Below are positions 18,522 through 29,009 of a DNA stretch of 64,000 bases, in pieces; position 1 is the stretch's first letter; every line of letters begins with the position of its first letter. Source of the DNA: Candidatus Hydrogenedentota bacterium (GTDB lineage Bacteria; Hydrogenedentota; Hydrogenedentia; Hydrogenedentales; SLHB01). The notes below the pieces were generated by a model. That model worked only from the letters and a program-made list of their open reading frames with translations. It was not told the DNA's origin and did no database searches. The position numbers were made by a program, and so were the translations under genes. The DNA is taken from contig BTVY01000024.1 in NCBI GenBank assembly GCA_045863335.1, positions 40,034 through 104,033 on the forward strand, given 5' to 3'.

Positions 18522-21500
18522 CTATCGTGTCGGGCTGCCGGATTCTCCGGCGAGGGTTTCGAGATCGAGGCCGGGATCGATGGCGATGCCCGGTTGCAGT
18601 TGGATTTCCCGTTCGACGCGGTAACTTGCCTGTTCCCGCACTCCCCATGAAATGCTGAGCGTCGCAGATCCGGCCGGCAGGTTGGGGATGTCGACGCGTT
18701 GGTGCGAGTTCGTCCCATTTTCTGAAATGAAAAAATACCGTTGCTTACCATACGCGCGAGGGATCTCCAGGTCGACGTTGAAGAAGTCCGCGTATCCGAC
18801 AATCGCACCGGATACAGACGCAGTGCCCGTCTCGAACGGGATGTCAATATGGAGGCTCTCCCCTTCCCTTAACTCCAGATCGGTTGCGACGCTAATCAGG
18901 AGCGGCAATGCTTGCCCCGACGGCGATCCCGAGACTGAGTAGACTCCGGGTGCAAGCCCGCGGAACCGGCATACACCATCCTGCCCTGTCACTTGATGGT
19001 TTCGTTGCGCTTGTTTTTCCTCCCCATCGCGAGTTAAAGAAACCGATGCACCGGTGGCGGGAACGCCATCCACGAGGAATGCGCATTCGAGTTGGACCGA
19101 ATCCGCGATTCGAATACCCATGGGTTGTCCGGCACGATGCGCGGGATCAACGGTTACTTCGGTTTCGGGATAGTCAGGGTGGTACACGATCAGCGTGTCG
19201 CCGAGTAATTTGCTTGCGGGAAGGATGAAGCTGCCGTCGGAACCGGTGCGGGCGGATGCAAAATCGTCCGCATCCGAGACCTGGACCTTGCCGGAGAAGA
19301 TCAACGCGCCGCTGACCCGCGCCCCTTCACTGTCTACCACGCTTCCTTTGAGATCCCCCTGCGGCTCGAGCCGGATCTCGATTCCCGTAAGCGGCTCCTG
19401 TCCGAGCGCGAGCTGCACGTCGGTAAACCCCAGCAGGTATCCTTTGGCACGGGCGGCGATGCGCACCTCGCCCGTCTGTACGACGGACAGATCGAAGGCG
19501 CCATCGGGGTTGCGCACGGGCTCGTACCGCTGGTCGTGAATGATGAGCCCGGGATCGTAACAGTCTTTAATCTCAAAGTTGGCAATGGGCGCGTCGGACT
19601 TTGCATCGACGACCCGGCCCGAAACTGAAATCGGGTCATGAAGAACGAGCCGGACGGTGCTTTCGCCGGTCTTGGCCTCGACGGCTTCGCCGAAGATGTG
19701 CCGGCCCCAGTCAAAGGCGGTGAGCCGGTGCGTGCCGGCAGGCAGTCCCTCCAGAACGAACATGCCCGCTCCGTTCGCGCGGGTACGCGCATCGGAACCG
19801 TCGGGGCTCGAGCTACGGACTTCGGCGGTCAAAGGGTTCCCCCGGTCGTCGACGACGACGCCCGCGATGTACCCGGTACCGACGCTGCATTCGAGAATGA
19901 CATCTTCCACCAACTCGCCCGCCGTTAGTGTGAATTGCGGACAGGGACTGTTGACGATCTCTACGTCACGGCATACGCGCAGGCTGGACGTGCCTGGCGG
20001 CATGCCTTTCAGTTCGAACGCTCCGTTCGCGTCGCTGACCGCCTCGATCTCCCGGCCTGAAACGTGGGAGGCGAATTGGGGCAGGACACGAAGCCCTTCA
20101 ACCGGGGCGCCAGCAAGATCCACAACGACGCCGCGGATGATGGCTTCGGGCCAGAGCGTAATCTCGGGTGCCGTGTCCGCCGGCTGCGGCAAGGCGAAGG
20201 GACCGTATGACTCGCTCACGGCGTCGTCAATCTCAGCCCACAGGTTTAGACTCACCGTCTCAGGGAAACCCGACACCATGAAGCTGCCGTCGGCGGCGGT
20301 CATCGCGGTGTTGGTGAGCCAGAAGTTGTTGATCTCGGTGTGACCAGTCACCGTCGCTCCCGCGACAGGCGAACCGTCCGGATCGACGACGCGGCCGGTG
20401 ATTGCGAGACCTCTTTCGAGCGCGAAATCGATTCCGTCATAGTGCCGCCCCGGGGTCAGATTCAGGGTCCGGAGGTAAGGAGATGGCAAGCCCTCGTGGC
20501 GTTCACGGGCGAGGTAGTATCCGTTGGCGTTGCGACAAAGCATGGAGAACTCGCCGGCTTCGACCGATTCGAAGACGTACCTCCCTTGCGGATCCGACAT
20601 GGCTTTGTATCTTTGCTCGCCGACGCGGCTCGATATCTCCGCGCTGGGGACCGGGTCGCCGGTTGCCTTGTCGTAGACTCGTCCGGACACGGTCGCGGTT
20701 GTACCACTGCTTGGAGTCGCAAGGGCGGCACTAACCGCCTCGACAAGTTCTTGTGGCGAACGGCCGGTTCTTTGGTCTTCGAATTCCGTTGACTCGTTTG
20801 CGGCGAGTACTTCCACGTTTGGAACCGCGCCAGCGGTGGGCCGTGGGGTTGAATACAGTTTGGAGAATGCGATCACGCCCGCCACAACGGCAAGTAGCGA
20901 CACCAAACCGACCGCTGCCTTCGGGAACGTGCTGACTCCGGCGACCACGCCCGCCTTTCCCACCACCGGCCCGGAGAGGGCGATGCGGCCCAGCTTTTCG
21001 GTGAGCGACACGGGGAGCACGGCGGCCTCTGCGAGGCGGGTTCCGAGGGTTCCGGCGAGAACCGAAACTGTGGACACGGCGACGCCCTTGCGCTGGAGTT
21101 TCGTGCGCATCTGGCCGAGGGCGCGGTTGATGCGTTGTGTGATCGCGGCGCGCGAGACGGATTCGCGTTGCGCGATTTGCTCGTGGGTGAGGCCTTCAAG
21201 GAAGTGGGCCACGACGGCGCGACGGAGCTTGTCGGGGAGTTGGTCGATGGCGTCATCGACCAAGGGATAGATGTCGTCCCACGACAGTTCGGCCGCCGAT
21301 GGCAGGGCGTCTTGATATGCGGTTTCCCGCCGTTTGCGGGCGGCGTCGCTGCGCACCCGGTCCAGGGCGCGATTGACGGCCATACGGTGGAGCCAGGGCC
21401 CGAGATACCCGCGCGGCGCTTTGCTTGTCCGGGCGAGTTTCTCGAAGCAGTCCTGCGCGACGTCCTCCGCATCGGCGGGGTTTCCCAGGATGCGGAGTGC

Positions 21501-21599
21501 CGTCGCGTACACCATGCGGCCATACCGTTGGATGATCGTTCGGAAGGCTTCGGCGTCGCCGCGCCGGTGCCATCGAATCATGAGAGCTTCGTCGTGCAT
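18522..21599 (-). CDS. ECF sigma-70 factor fused to a TM helix and multiple carboxypeptidase-regulatory-like (transthyretin-like) repeats
   Basis: DAEAFRTII...DAEDVAQDCF...WLHRMAVN (region 2); IDQLPDKLR...EGLTHEQIA (region 4); TM GLVSLLAVVAGVIAF; repeated GRVVDPDGSPVAGA-type units. Confidence 0.92.
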   Translation of the reverse strand: MHDEALMIRWHRRGDAEAFRTIIQRYGRMVYATALRILGNPADAEDVAQDCFEKLARTSKAPRGYLGPWLHRMAVNRALDRVRSDAARKRRETAYQDALPSAAELSWDDIYPLVDDAIDQLPDKLRRAVVAHFLEGLTHEQIAQRESVSRAAITQRINRALGQMRTKLQRKGVAVSTVSVLAGTLGTRLAEAAVLPVSLTEKLGRIALSGPVVGKAGVVAGVSTFPKAAVGLVSLLAVVAGVIAFSKLYSTPRPTAGAVPNVEVLAANESTEFEDQRTGRSPQELVEAVSAALATPSSGTTATVSGRVYDKATGDPVPSAEISSRVGEQRYKAMSDPQGRYVFESVEAGEFSMLCRNANGYYLARERHEGLPSPYLRTLNLTPGRHYDGIDFALERGLAITGRVVDPDGSPVAGATVTGHTEINNFWLTNTAMTAADGSFMVSGFPETVSLNLWAEIDDAVSESYGPFALPQPADTAPEITLWPEAIIRGVVVDLAGAPVEGLRVLPQFASHVSGREIEAVSDANGAFELKGMPPGTSSLRVCRDVEIVNSPCPQFTLTAGELVEDVILECSVGTGYIAGVVVDDRGNPLTAEVRSSSPDGSDARTRANGAGMFVLEGLPAGTHRLTAFDWGRHIFGEAVEAKTGESTVRLVLHDPISVSGRVVDAKSDAPIANFEIKDCYDPGLIIHDQRYEPVRNPDGAFDLSVVQTGEVRIAARAKGYLLGFTDVQLALGQEPLTGIEIRLEPQGDLKGSVVDSEGARVSGALIFSGKVQVSDADDFASARTGSDGSFILPASKLLGDTLIVYHPDYPETEVTVDPAHRAGQPMGIRIADSVQLECAFLVDGVPATGASVSLTRDGEEKQAQRNHQVTGQDGVCRFRGLAPGVYSVSGSPSGQALPLLISVATDLELREGESLHIDIPFETGTASVSGAIVGYADFFNVDLEIPRAYGKQRYFFISENGTNSHQRVDIPNLPAGSATLSISWGVREQASYRVEREIQLQPGIAIDPGLDLETLAGESGSPTR

Positions 21600-21701
21600 G
21601 GTCGCGCCTTTCCGGTATCAGCTTACCCTATCGCGGGGTGTTGTGTGACTTCGTAGCTATAACGTTTCCGGTAGGCGGATGGTAAGAAAGCGTTTTGAGG
21701 G

Positions 21702-21895
21702 ACGGGCTGGAAGCCCGTGTTGGGGAGGGTGCGCGACCGGTAAACCGATAGATTGAGGTGACCGAGAAGTTCGCAATTTCCGGACACGGGCTGGAAGCCC
21801 GTGGCACCTCGGGGAACCCGCCAGTTGCTTATTGAGATCAGGTGCTGGAGTAATTCTGAGGTTCCGGGCACGGGCTGGAAGCCCGTGGCACCTCG
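21702..21895. repeat. Three REP palindromes ACGGGCTGGAAGCCCGTG at an exact 84-bp period
   Basis: Copies start at 21702, 21786 and 21870; the intervening segments are partly similar to each other. Confidence 0.9.
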
Positions 21896-22001
21896 AACGC
21901 ACCTCGTTGCGAGCCGGTAGTTGCATTGGTAATGGGGCGCGTTCATACTTTTTGCGGCTGTAGTTTTGTTCGTTTTTCGTTTCCTCACGGAGGCAATCTT
22001 C

Positions 22002-24809
22002 ATGAAACGTTTCAATTGCACGGGTCTCATCGTACTGGTCCTATTCGTTATATATGTCCCATCCGCTCTGGCGGAGAAGCTCTTCGACTTCCACGAGTCC
22101 ACGCTGGACAACGGTATGCGCGTGGTGACGCTGGAGGATTTCTCGACCCCTATCGTCGCGGTGCAGGTGTGGTACGACGTAGGGTCGAAGGATGAGGATC
22201 CGGAGCGGCAGGGCTTTGCGCACATGTTCGAACACATGATGTTCGCGGGGACGGAGCGTATCGGCTCGGAGCAGCATGGCGCGCTGTTGCGGGAGATTGG
22301 CGGCGACTGCAACGCCTTCACCAGTTTCGATTTCACGGCCTATGTGAACACAGTGCCCGCGAATCAACTGGAACTGGTGTTGTGGCTGGAAGCGGAACGC
22401 CTCATGTATCTGGACGTGTCACAAGAGTCCTTCGACACGGAGCGGCAGGTGGTCGAGGAAGAACGGCGGATGGGAATCAACCGGCCCTACGGCACCATCG
22501 CGGAGCAGGTGTTGCCGACGATCTTCACGGAGCATCCCTACCGATGGATGCCCATCGGCAACATCCCCGATCTGCGCGCGGCGCACCTGAGCGAGTTGCA
22601 GCGATTCTGGGACCGGTTTTACCTGCCGTCCAACGCCACGCTGGTTATCGTCGGCGCGGTGAAGCACAAGGACGCGCAGGAACTGGCGAAGAAGTACTTC
22701 GGCTGGATGCCGGGCGGCGATGTTCAGGATCGCGGCGATGCGAAAGAGCCGCCGCAGAACGAATCGCGGTCGGTTGCATTGGAAGAGCCCTTTGGGCCCG
22801 TCCCGCTGGCGGGGTATATCTACCGCGGGGTGCCCGAGAGTCACGAGGATGCGATTCCGCTGCAGCTCCTCATGATGGTGCTTGGGGAGGGCGAGAGCAG
22901 CCGCCTGTACACGGACTTGGTTAGAGACCGAAAGCTGTGTGTGCAGGTCATGGCGGACGCGTATCTCATGGACGATGACGGCGTGTTTGGCGCGGGTGCC
23001 GCGCTGAATCCCATGGCTGATATGGATAAGGCCCTTGAAGCAATCGACACGCATCTCCAGGCCGTCATCGATACGCCGGTTGACGAGCGCGAACTGACCA
23101 AGGCAAAGAACCAGATGTTGCGGACGGCTGTGACGGATGCGTTGACTGTCGAAAGCAAGGCGCAGGAGACGGGCTATGCGTCGGTCATCTACAGCGATCC
23201 GGAGTGGTTGAACAAGAAGCTGGACAAGATTGGGGCGGTTACGCTGGACGATCTCCAGCGCGTCGCGAAGACGTACATCACGCCGGAGCGACGGACTGTC
23301 CTTCGTGTGACACCGAATCCGGAGAAGAAGATCGACGAAGATGAAACGGCTCCGGTCGCGCCGCCGGAGACGGAGAAGGTAGAGCGAAAAGGCCCGAAAG
23401 TGGGCATGGAACATCCGGAGTGGTTCCCAATGAAGCCTCCGGTGGCGTCGATGATTGACGAGTTGCCTGAGATCGCGAAGGCGAGCCGCACGTTGGAAAA
23501 CGGGCTCAAGGTGGTGGTCGTTCCCAATCACGAGGTGCCGTTCGTGACGGTTACGCTGGGTTCCACTTACGGCGCGTGGGCGGAGGATCCGGCGACACCG
23601 GGCGTCGCCGCGATGACCTATAGCATGCTGACACAGGGCACGGAGAATTACACGGCCGCGGAGTTGGCGGAGACTATCGAGTTTAATGCCATCACGCTTA
23701 GCGGCGTGGCGTCTCTCGACGAAGCGCAAGTCAGCGCGACGGGTCTGACGGACAAGCTACCCTTGGCGGTGGAACTGCTGGCCGAGGTGGTACGCCGCCC
23801 CACGTTTCCCGGAGACCAACTGGATCTCAAGAAGGAACAACTGGCGCTGGGAAAGTCGGTCGATGAAGAGGACGCCCAGTACATTGCATCGCGCGGGTTG
23901 CGCCAGGCCATCTTCGGTGAGCACCCCTATTCGCGCGCGCCGGAGGGCGAGCTTGCCGACGTGCCGAAACTGAACGCGGAGGCTTTAAGAACATTCTGGA
24001 AGAACTATCTGCGGCCGGACACGACGGTGATCTACCTCGCGGGAGATGTGAAGGAGAAGCAAGCGTACAGTTTGATTGAGAAGTACTTTGGCGATTGGAC
24101 CGCGGAAGGCGATGCGCCAACGCCAAGCATGGCGCCGATTCCCGAGGCGAGACCGACGCACATCGTGTTGATCGATCGGCCGGGCGCGGTGCAAAGCCAG
24201 ATCGCGGCGGGCCAGGTCAGCATTACGCGGAACGATCCCCGGTACCACGCTTCGCGCGTGTATTCGCAGATCTTTGGCGGGGCGTTCGAGAGTCGGCTGA
24301 ACACCACGATCCGAATCGAGCGGGGATTGACCTACGGCGCCTTCGGAGGCATCCGACCTTTCCGTTACGCGGGGCAGTTTTTCGGTCAGACGTTTACGAA
24401 GACGGAGTCCACGGCGGAAACCGTGCAGGCCTTGCTCGATGTGATCAATGGGATGAAGTCGAATCCGCCCTCCTCAGAGGAACTCACGACGGCCAAGGCG
24501 TACCTGGCGGGGAGTTTTCCGGGGCAGTTGGAAACGCCACAGGACACGGTTTCGTACGAGTGGATTATCGAATACATGGATCTGCCTGCGGACTACCTGA
24601 ACGAGGCGCTGGAGGGATACAAGAGTACGACGTTGGAGGATGCGCTGGGAATTGCATCGGAAGTCGTTGACGCAGAGGCGCTTACAATCGTCGTGGTTGG
24701 CGAGGCGGGTGCGATCCGGGAGAAACTCGAAGCCATCGCGCCGGTGACGGTGATCGCGGCGCCGGAGGCCCCGGCTGAGGCTCCGGCGGAGGAAGAATCG
24801 GCGGCGTAG
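22002..24809 (+). CDS. M16 (pitrilysin/PqqL-type) zinc protease, exported
   Basis: Signal peptide; GFAHMFEHMMF (HxxEH), NAFTSFD, EEERR; duplicated inactive second half. Confidence 0.93.
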   Translation: MKRFNCTGLIVLVLFVIYVPSALAEKLFDFHESTLDNGMRVVTLEDFSTPIVAVQVWYDVGSKDEDPERQGFAHMFEHMMFAGTERIGSEQHGALLREIGGDCNAFTSFDFTAYVNTVPANQLELVLWLEAERLMYLDVSQESFDTERQVVEEERRMGINRPYGTIAEQVLPTIFTEHPYRWMPIGNIPDLRAAHLSELQRFWDRFYLPSNATLVIVGAVKHKDAQELAKKYFGWMPGGDVQDRGDAKEPPQNESRSVALEEPFGPVPLAGYIYRGVPESHEDAIPLQLLMMVLGEGESSRLYTDLVRDRKLCVQVMADAYLMDDDGVFGAGAALNPMADMDKALEAIDTHLQAVIDTPVDERELTKAKNQMLRTAVTDALTVESKAQETGYASVIYSDPEWLNKKLDKIGAVTLDDLQRVAKTYITPERRTVLRVTPNPEKKIDEDETAPVAPPETEKVERKGPKVGMEHPEWFPMKPPVASMIDELPEIAKASRTLENGLKVVVVPNHEVPFVTVTLGSTYGAWAEDPATPGVAAMTYSMLTQGTENYTAAELAETIEFNAITLSGVASLDEAQVSATGLTDKLPLAVELLAEVVRRPTFPGDQLDLKKEQLALGKSVDEEDAQYIASRGLRQAIFGEHPYSRAPEGELADVPKLNAEALRTFWKNYLRPDTTVIYLAGDVKEKQAYSLIEKYFGDWTAEGDAPTPSMAPIPEARPTHIVLIDRPGAVQSQIAAGQVSITRNDPRYHASRVYSQIFGGAFESRLNTTIRIERGLTYGAFGGIRPFRYAGQFFGQTFTKTESTAETVQALLDVINGMKSNPPSSEELTTAKAYLAGSFPGQLETPQDTVSYEWIIEYMDLPADYLNEALEGYKSTTLEDALGIASEVVDAEALTIVVVGEAGAIREKLEAIAPVTVIAAPEAPAEAPAEEESAA

Positions 24810-24966
24810 CGGGAACTTCGAAGGTGCTTGTAGCCCGCGATTCCGCGCGGCGGATTTTGGTATGATCGAATGTGGAACGAAGGCTTTCCGGACGTGGAGA
24901 GCATTGGAAATACTTGGGTTCCGCTCCTTGTTGATACGATGAGGCGGCAAGTCTGGAGGTAGCGAG

Positions 24967-25458
24967 ATGCTCTATTACAAGGTAAGCCAACCGGTACCCG
25001 GCAAGGGCGACGCGTGGGTATTCTACGAATGTGACGAAAAGTTCAACATTCAACGTCAGATGACCCACATCCCCGGGACCGATGAAACGGACTGCATCGC
25101 CAACCCGCTGGTTAAGAAAATGACGAACATGGCGTACATGCAGAAGTCCTCGAAGGAAGAGTTCGACCAGTACTGGTCTGACGACCATGTTCGCGAACAT
25201 GTCGATTTCCAGCATAGCGGCAAACAGGACGGCATGAAGTATTTCAGTCTGGACATGACCATCGGCGAAGCCATGTCGATCCACCCGCGCGTGGCCGAGG
25301 TATTCGCGGCCTTTCATCTCGGCGGCTGTTCCCACTGTGGAATCAATCAGTATGAGACGATTGGACAGGTAACCGCGGGATATGGCGTCGACGCCGATAT
25401 GCTGTTGGAAGTTTTGGAGGGGTTGATGCAGCCTCAGGAAGAGGCGAGCACATCCTGA
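24967..25458 (+). CDS. DUF1858 (CxxC redox-disulfide-like) domain protein with unknown N-terminal domain
   Basis: DMTIGEAMSIHPRVAEVFAAFHLGGCSHCGINQYETIGQV...GVDADMLLEVL. Confidence 0.75.
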   Translation: MLYYKVSQPVPGKGDAWVFYECDEKFNIQRQMTHIPGTDETDCIANPLVKKMTNMAYMQKSSKEEFDQYWSDDHVREHVDFQHSGKQDGMKYFSLDMTIGEAMSIHPRVAEVFAAFHLGGCSHCGINQYETIGQVTAGYGVDADMLLEVLEGLMQPQEEASTS

Positions 25459-25493
25459 GCAGGCGGGAATCGGGTTAGGGAGATACGTTTCAG

Positions 25494-25850
25494 ATGACCA
25501 TGGACACAAGCACGCAGCAGCCGAAGGCCCTGGTATGCGCCACGGAAGGCGCGGTGGCAGAATTGAAACGACTGATGGAACGCGAACCGGCGGAAGTGGA
25601 CGGCGTGCGTCTCGGCGTTAAGGGCGGCGGATGTTCCGGCCTGTCATATGTATTGGAGTTCGGCAAGCGGCGGGATGGCGACAACATCGTGGAACAGGGC
25701 GGCGTGCAGTTTCTTATGGACCGCAAGTCCGCCATCTACCTGAAAGGGATCGTGCTGGATTACAAGGAAGGCCTGAACGGCAAGGGGTTTGTGTTTAGCA
25801 ATCCGAATGCGTCCAGCACGTGTGGTTGCGGGGAATCGTTCAGCGTTTAG
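25494..25850 (+). CDS. iscA: HesB/IscA A-type Fe-S carrier
   Basis: GVKGGGCSGLSY and NPNASSTCGCGESF. Confidence 0.95.
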   Translation: MTMDTSTQQPKALVCATEGAVAELKRLMEREPAEVDGVRLGVKGGGCSGLSYVLEFGKRRDGDNIVEQGGVQFLMDRKSAIYLKGIVLDYKEGLNGKGFVFSNPNASSTCGCGESFSV

Positions 25851-25935
25851 GCTGGCTCACGCCGACGGCGTGGCCTGATCGAAACTCAATCCAGGGAACC
25901 CTCTCGACGAGACGGTTCCCTTCCTTTATGCCGAG

Positions 25936-27714
25936 ATGAACAAGCCGACACAAGAAGCCATCGACCAAGTCCACACCGTGCGGGAATGCGCCGGGCTCTG
26001 GCGTCGCGATGACTACACCTTTATCCGATTTGAAGGTAACGACGTCGCGTCGTGGCTGCAGTCGCAGACCTCCAATGACGTGTTGAAGCTGAATTCCGGA
26101 GACGGTCACGCGAACGCGCGGTTGGACCGCAAGGGGCGGCTCCAGGCGCATTTCACGCTGCATCGCTGGGAAGACGAATACTGGCTGCTCATCGAACGGC
26201 AACAAGCGCCAACGTTGCTTGAACAGTTGGACGCGCACCTCTTTCTCGAAGACGTCCGGATGGAAGACGCGGGTGACTCGTTGGTCCAGATGGCGATTCA
26301 GGGTCCGCGAACGCGGGCGTTTCTGGCGTCATTGCTCGACACCGCCGCAGGGATCGCGTCAGACCAGTTGCCTAACCGCATGTACGGGTGCCACCCGCTG
26401 GAACTCATGGGCATACAGGTTCTGGCCTTTCGTCTGTCCCAGACGGGGGAAGACGGCGTCGTGTTGGTCGTGCAATCGGATGACGCGAACGCGTTGACAG
26501 AGGGACTACACAAGAGACTCCGAGAGTTTGGCGGATGCATGGCCGGAACGGAGGCCCGGGAGGTTCTTCGAATCGAAGCCGGACTGCCGCAATTCGGGGT
26601 CGATATGGATTCGACGAACCGCATCCCCGAGACAACGCTGGAACGGGAGGCTGTCAGCTATGAGAAGGGGTGCTATCTCGGCCAGGAGGTAGTGGCGAAA
26701 CTTCGCGCGTACAGCTCGGTTAAGCAGGCGCTGGTCGGCCTGGTTCTGGACGATGGAGACGCCTCGCCCGCCCTGAACTCGCCCCTCTTTGTCGATGGCC
26801 GTCAGGTTGGCATCGCGAAATCCGGTGTCTTCTCCCCCACGCTTGGCGCGCCGGTATGCCTGGCGTATCTGGATCGGGATCACCGGACGCCGGGGGAACG
26901 GCTCGCGTTTGCACTTCAACCGGAGGGTCCCGTCAGGAGCGGGGTCGTTGTCGTGCTGCCGTTCTATGAACCGCAGAACCCCGAGGAGCGGGCGCGTTCG
27001 CTGTACCATCGCGCATTGGAAATATTCGAGCACGATGCCGAGGACACGGATACCGCGGCAATCGAGTTGCTGAAAGAGGCGGCACTGGTGGCGCCGGAGT
27101 TTGAGGACGCGTACGAGGCGCTTGGCGTGATCCTGAATCGCCACCACCGCGTCGACGAAGCGATTCACTACATGAAGATCCTCGAACGGTTGAATCCCGA
27201 CAGCGTCATGGTCCATACCAACCTTTCGGTGTTCTACGTGGCCAAGGGAATGATCGAGGAAGCGGAGGAGGAAAAGGCGAAGGCTGCGGTGTTGCAGATG
27301 AAAGCCGCCCGGGACGCGAATCAGGCAGAGCAAATGGCAGCGGCGGAGCGCGAACGCATTCGCCAGGAAGCAGCAGAGCGGATTCGGATGTTCGAGGAAG
27401 TTCTCGAGATCGATCCGGAGGATGCCTTGGCAACCTTTGGCATGGGTATGGCCTTCGTGCAATTGGGCGAGTACGAGAAGGCGCTTCCCTTCCTTGACCG
27501 GGCGACACGCGTTCAGAAGGATTATTCGGTCGCGTTCCTGAACCTGGGCAAGTGTCAGGAGTACCTTGACCGAAAGGCTGAAGCCATCGAGGCGTACCGG
27601 GCGGGCATTCGCGCGGCGGGACGTAAAGGGGATCTCATGCCGATGCGCGAGATGGAACGCCGTCTCAAAGCGCTTGAGGGGACGGAATCCGAATCGGCTC
27701 GGGCCGATTCTTAA
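25936..27714 (+). CDS. ygfZ: YgfZ/GcvT folate-binding Fe-S maturation protein fused to C-terminal TPR repeats
   Basis: KGCYLGQEVVAK signature, LRIEAG; C-terminal TPR-like helices. Confidence 0.88.
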   Translation: MNKPTQEAIDQVHTVRECAGLWRRDDYTFIRFEGNDVASWLQSQTSNDVLKLNSGDGHANARLDRKGRLQAHFTLHRWEDEYWLLIERQQAPTLLEQLDAHLFLEDVRMEDAGDSLVQMAIQGPRTRAFLASLLDTAAGIASDQLPNRMYGCHPLELMGIQVLAFRLSQTGEDGVVLVVQSDDANALTEGLHKRLREFGGCMAGTEAREVLRIEAGLPQFGVDMDSTNRIPETTLEREAVSYEKGCYLGQEVVAKLRAYSSVKQALVGLVLDDGDASPALNSPLFVDGRQVGIAKSGVFSPTLGAPVCLAYLDRDHRTPGERLAFALQPEGPVRSGVVVVLPFYEPQNPEERARSLYHRALEIFEHDAEDTDTAAIELLKEAALVAPEFEDAYEALGVILNRHHRVDEAIHYMKILERLNPDSVMVHTNLSVFYVAKGMIEEAEEEKAKAAVLQMKAARDANQAEQMAAAERERIRQEAAERIRMFEEVLEIDPEDALATFGMGMAFVQLGEYEKALPFLDRATRVQKDYSVAFLNLGKCQEYLDRKAEAIEAYRAGIRAAGRKGDLMPMREMERRLKALEGTESESARADS

Positions 27715-27721
27715 GTAGAAA

Positions 27722-27748
27722 CGGGGACGAGCCTGAGGCCCGTCCCCG
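27722..27748. terminator. Hairpin between convergent genes (possible bidirectional terminator)
   Basis: CGGGGACG-AGCC-TGA-GGCC-CGTCCCCG. Confidence 0.55.
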
Positions 27749-27782
27749 GTAGGGTGCATTCCAACCCGTTTCGTGTAGATGC

Positions 27783-29009
27783 CTACTCGATTGCGCCGCC
27801 CCTCACCAACGCCTTCTTCGCCTGCACGTTGATATAGTTCGGCTTGATTTCGCTGTCGGTGCCCGACGTTGCGCCGACCGTCAGCGACACGGTGTAGTTC
27901 GCGATGGCCGTATACGTGTGAGACGGGTTCTGTAGCGTACTCATCGTCCCGTCGCCGAAAGTCCATAACCACGTATCGATCTGGGCGGCCGAACCGGGGC
28001 TGGACAGGTCTGTGAACAGGACAGGAACGCCTACTGACGGTGTTGTGTCGTTCGCTATGAACTGGGCGGTCGGCGGAACCGGCTTGACCTGAATATAGCT
28101 GGTTCGCGTCCGCGTGTCTGAACCGTTGACTGTCGTAACCGTAAGGGAAACAGTGAAATTGGCGATTTGGTTGTAGGTGTGCGACGGGTTCTGGGCGGCG
28201 CTCGTGACGCCGTCGCCGAACTCCCAGAACCACGTGTCGATCTGCGCCGCCGAACCCGGGTCGGATAGATCGCTAAATTGGACCGGGGTTCCCACGATGG
28301 GCATGGTCGTCGAAGCGACGAAGTCCGCCGTAGGCGGCGAAGGTCCTTCGACGCTGATGTATGCCACTTTGACCTCGGTATCGGTCAGGGTCCCGTTGCC
28401 CACCGTGAGCGTGACGGTATAGACGCCCTGCGCCGGGAAAATGTGCTGTTGCGGATTCTGCAGATTGCTCTGCGTGCCGTCGCCGAAATCCCACATCCAA
28501 CTGTTCAGTGGAGCCTCTTCTGGGGCCACCGAAGACAGGTCGGTGAAATCAACACCTTCGCCGATGGGGACGACGAGGGGCGTCGCTTCGAAATCCGCGG
28601 AAATGCGCGATGTGGCGGTCACCGGGATGGTGATCGTGCTGACGCCTGGCGCGGAAACCGTAATCGCTCCCGTATTGGTCCCTGCGGATAGTTCGCCTCG
28701 ATCCACCGACACGGTGAAGGATGCCGGATCGCTGGGCCCGGTGCTATTGCCTGTAGGGGGTGATACGGAAAACCACGCAGCGCCGCCATCGCTCAGGGTG
28801 AACGTAGGCAAAGGCTGCGACGTAAAGTTTTTCGAAATCTTAAGTGTAAGCGTGCTCTTGTCTGTCCCGAAATCCAGCGATGTCGGGCTTGCGATGAAGA
28901 ACGGCAGATAATCCGGTGGCGTTGGAGAAGGCAGCGGACAACCAACCCCTACGAGCAGTCCGGTACCGATCAAGCCGGCCAGCATGAGTGAATTCTTGAA
29001 CTTCGACAT
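27783..29009 (-). CDS. Lipoprotein with BACON/Ig-like domain and three PKD domains
   Basis: Lipobox-like LVGVGC-P; WDFGDG, WEFGDG, WTFGDG PKD motifs. Confidence 0.9.
   Translation of the reverse strand: MSKFKNSLMLAGLIGTGLLVGVGCPLPSPTPPDYLPFFIASPTSLDFGTDKSTLTLKISKNFTSQPLPTFTLSDGGAAWFSVSPPTGNSTGPSDPASFTVSVDRGELSAGTNTGAITVSAPGVSTITIPVTATSRISADFEATPLVVPIGEGVDFTDLSSVAPEEAPLNSWMWDFGDGTQSNLQNPQQHIFPAQGVYTVTLTVGNGTLTDTEVKVAYISVEGPSPPTADFVASTTMPIVGTPVQFSDLSDPGSAAQIDTWFWEFGDGVTSAAQNPSHTYNQIANFTVSLTVTTVNGSDTRTRTSYIQVKPVPPTAQFIANDTTPSVGVPVLFTDLSSPGSAAQIDTWLWTFGDGTMSTLQNPSHTYTAIANYTVSLTVGATSGTDSEIKPNYINVQAKKALVRGGAIE

Noticed and set aside
21702-21895. CRISPR mini-array
   Set aside because: Intervening segments are about 60 bp and resemble each other, the repeat is REP-like, and there are no cas genes.
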